Positions 61,820 to 64,000 of a stretch of DNA of 64,000 nucleotides are shown here, one piece after another. Position numbers and translations under genes: made by a program. The stretch spans positions 16,306,001-16,370,000 of the forward strand of contig NC_043014.1 in the NCBI RefSeq assembly GCF_006345805.1, read 5' to 3'. A model generated the notes under the pieces. The model was given only the letters and a program-made list of their open reading frames with translations. It did not search any database and was not told the origin of the DNA. Origin of the DNA: Octopus sinensis. Lineage: Eukaryota. Every line of letters starts with the position of its first letter. Within the stretch, counting starts at the first letter, position 1.

Positions 61820-62394
61820 TTTAGTATGAAAGATTAAGAAAATGAGAGAGACTGAAACAACGTGTTAACGATACGAGATACTTTATTCGACTGCCGTGTT
61901 GTACAAGTTAATTGTTGTGGCGGGAAACATAGTGAAAGTCCTTTTATCAAGGGAGACAATGGGCGACGTTGATTGTTCATGTTTGTTGTGATGATTATAT
62001 AACACTTATGACGTTATATCATATAACGTTTTTTTAAACAATATTAATAGCGTTCTGTCAATCGCTATACAAATCCATCATTTTTTGCTAAAATGTCTTA
62101 TTGACGAGTTTCGTTTTTTTCACTTTCCCGAAGAGAAGATTGCATTATTTATACCATTTATTATTTTGAATAGTATCAGTGGAATTTTCGAAACGTATCG
62201 AAAGTAAAAATATTTGATTACACCTGCGTTAAACTCCATTTATTTATTCATATATTATTCAAAATATTCAACGTAAACACGAAGTTTCTACCTTTATAAA
62301 CAAGGAGTTACAACACCTTTACTTGTGAGACTTTTGCTGCCCTAGTAACTATTTTTTTTTCCGTGTTAATTGTTAACAAGGTAAAAATACACTC

Positions 62395-62609
<215 letters not shown>

Positions 62610-62699
62610 ATTGGCAGAGCTTGGAGAAATGAGTTTTCAGTCAAGTACATCAGTCTTGGACTCTGATCTATAAACAGAGGCCTTTACATACCCTTTAAA

Positions 62700-63330
62700 T
62701 CCACTTTCCATGCTGGCATGGGTTGGATGGGTCATTAGTATCTAAGTCATTTCTTACTGGGAGCTACAACACCCAAAGACCGGTGACTGTATGTGTTATT
62801 GGGTTTGGATGCCATTCCTATCACCAACTACTTTACAGAGTGTGCTGGGTACATTTTCTCATGGCAACCTTAATGAAATCTTATCTCACCTTGTAAGATC
62901 ACTTTTAGAGGACCTCGTTATAACAAGTAACAGTGTGTGGGCTTTTATATGGTTGCTCAACCTGCTAGCAATAGTGAAATCTCCCATAAATCACACATAA
63001 ATGAGAAGGACATGTTTGCCAGTCTTAAATATACAAAATAATAGGATAGTCATGGTTAGATTGCTTTTGATTATGGGTCTTCTCAACACAGGGCTGAAAT
63101 AGAGCAAAATTACAGTGAAGGAACTTCTATGTGGTTACATTACCTGCTAAAAATAATGACCAAATCTCCCTCAAATCACATCTTTTCATCTTAAAAGAAG
63201 GATACAGTGGATAATGTAATCCTAGATATACATGTGCAAAACAACAACAACAACAAAAAAGACAGATGGTCATGGATGGAATGCCTTTGATCCTAGGCTT
63301 TGTGGATCCAGACTGAAATTTGCACTAAAC
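62700..63330. mobile_element. old family D remnant (62700-62860, minus) and family F remnants (62930-63330)
   Basis: CCACTTTCCATGCTGGCATGGGTTGG and TTGGATGCC.TTCCTA.CACCAAC (family D). AAATCTCCC.TAAATCACAC occurs twice (family F). Confidence 0.5.
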
Positions 63331-63914
63331 AAGGACTACGGCAACAAAACAAAAATGAAGTGGGGATGGCGACTGTTATCAGACCAACAGACTGAGCTGA
63401 AATAAATAAAGCCTCTTGCTTAGCACTCTAATACAGTGCATATAGCAACATGTTGAAATCCATTTTTTAAAAACATTTTAGCATTTAATCCAACCATATG
63501 CATCCAATCCAAATATTGTTTTATGTTTAAAACAGCCAGAATCGGCCTCTCACACCTACCCTACAATGTTGTTCTAAAAATAAGTAATTGCATCATTGAA
63601 ATCTTGAAGCTAAGAGATAATTCAGGATTAATTCAAAACAATAGGAATAAATAAGCATTACTTTTGACAAAATGACCAAGAACTACACACATATGTATTG
63701 ATAATGTTGTTGTTTAACCCCGGGTCATGTGATCAACAATATTTCCTGTCATGAACATCATCCCTTTTTGTATATCATGAACAACATTATTCAGTTTTAT
63801 CCTTTCATTAAGGTAATAGACATGACTTTAGAGACAGTGAAGATTTGACTGCTATTTCTAGCAGATCGGACGTCTACACAGAGTCTCTGTATTTATCTCA
63901 TTGTATTGTTTACA

Positions 63915-64000
63915 TCTTTATATATAAAAGTGAAGTTGTGTGTCTGTCTCCTACGATTTAGATTCCTAACTCCTCCCACATTTTGCGGTGCAGTTTAACC
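63915..64000 (+). mobile_element. 5' end of a Helitron copy (cut by the window edge)
   Basis: A|TCTTTATATATAAAAGTGAAGTTGTGTGTCTG, nearly identical to the start of 54139-54532. Confidence 0.85.

Overview
Repeat-saturated, AT-rich eukaryotic DNA, most likely an octopod cephalopod. That assignment is inferred from the tRNA-derived SINE families, the dense (TA)n/(CATA)n/(AAT)n microsatellites and an invertebrate-type dystroglycan. Main blocks, left to right: (1) a decayed mariner, followed by a ~12 kb head-to-tail array (3546-15614, minus strand) of 12 Dong/R4-type LINE pieces, 10 of them carrying only the CCHC + restriction-like endonuclease module, separated by (AAT)n/(AAG)n spacers; (2) a CR1 LINE (+) whose near-twin lies inverted at 45455-48550; (3) ~57 copies of a ~157-158 bp G-rich satellite running into a 100-N scaffold gap; (4) the large second coding exon of a dystroglycan-like gene, with its PPxY tail out of frame; (5) a ~4.8 kb fold-back (inverted arms of ~1.8 and ~2.1 kb) whose loop holds a 727-nt exon-like ORF on the minus strand; (6) more CR1, RTE and Tx1 remnants, Helitron-type non-autonomous elements and many SINEs. 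Short unique islands between (TA)n tracts fold into minimal type I hammerhead ribozymes, one with a compensatory U3:A8 core. All alignments and folds were done by eye, coordinates of degenerate repeats are approximate, and relationships across the N gap depend on the scaffolding.
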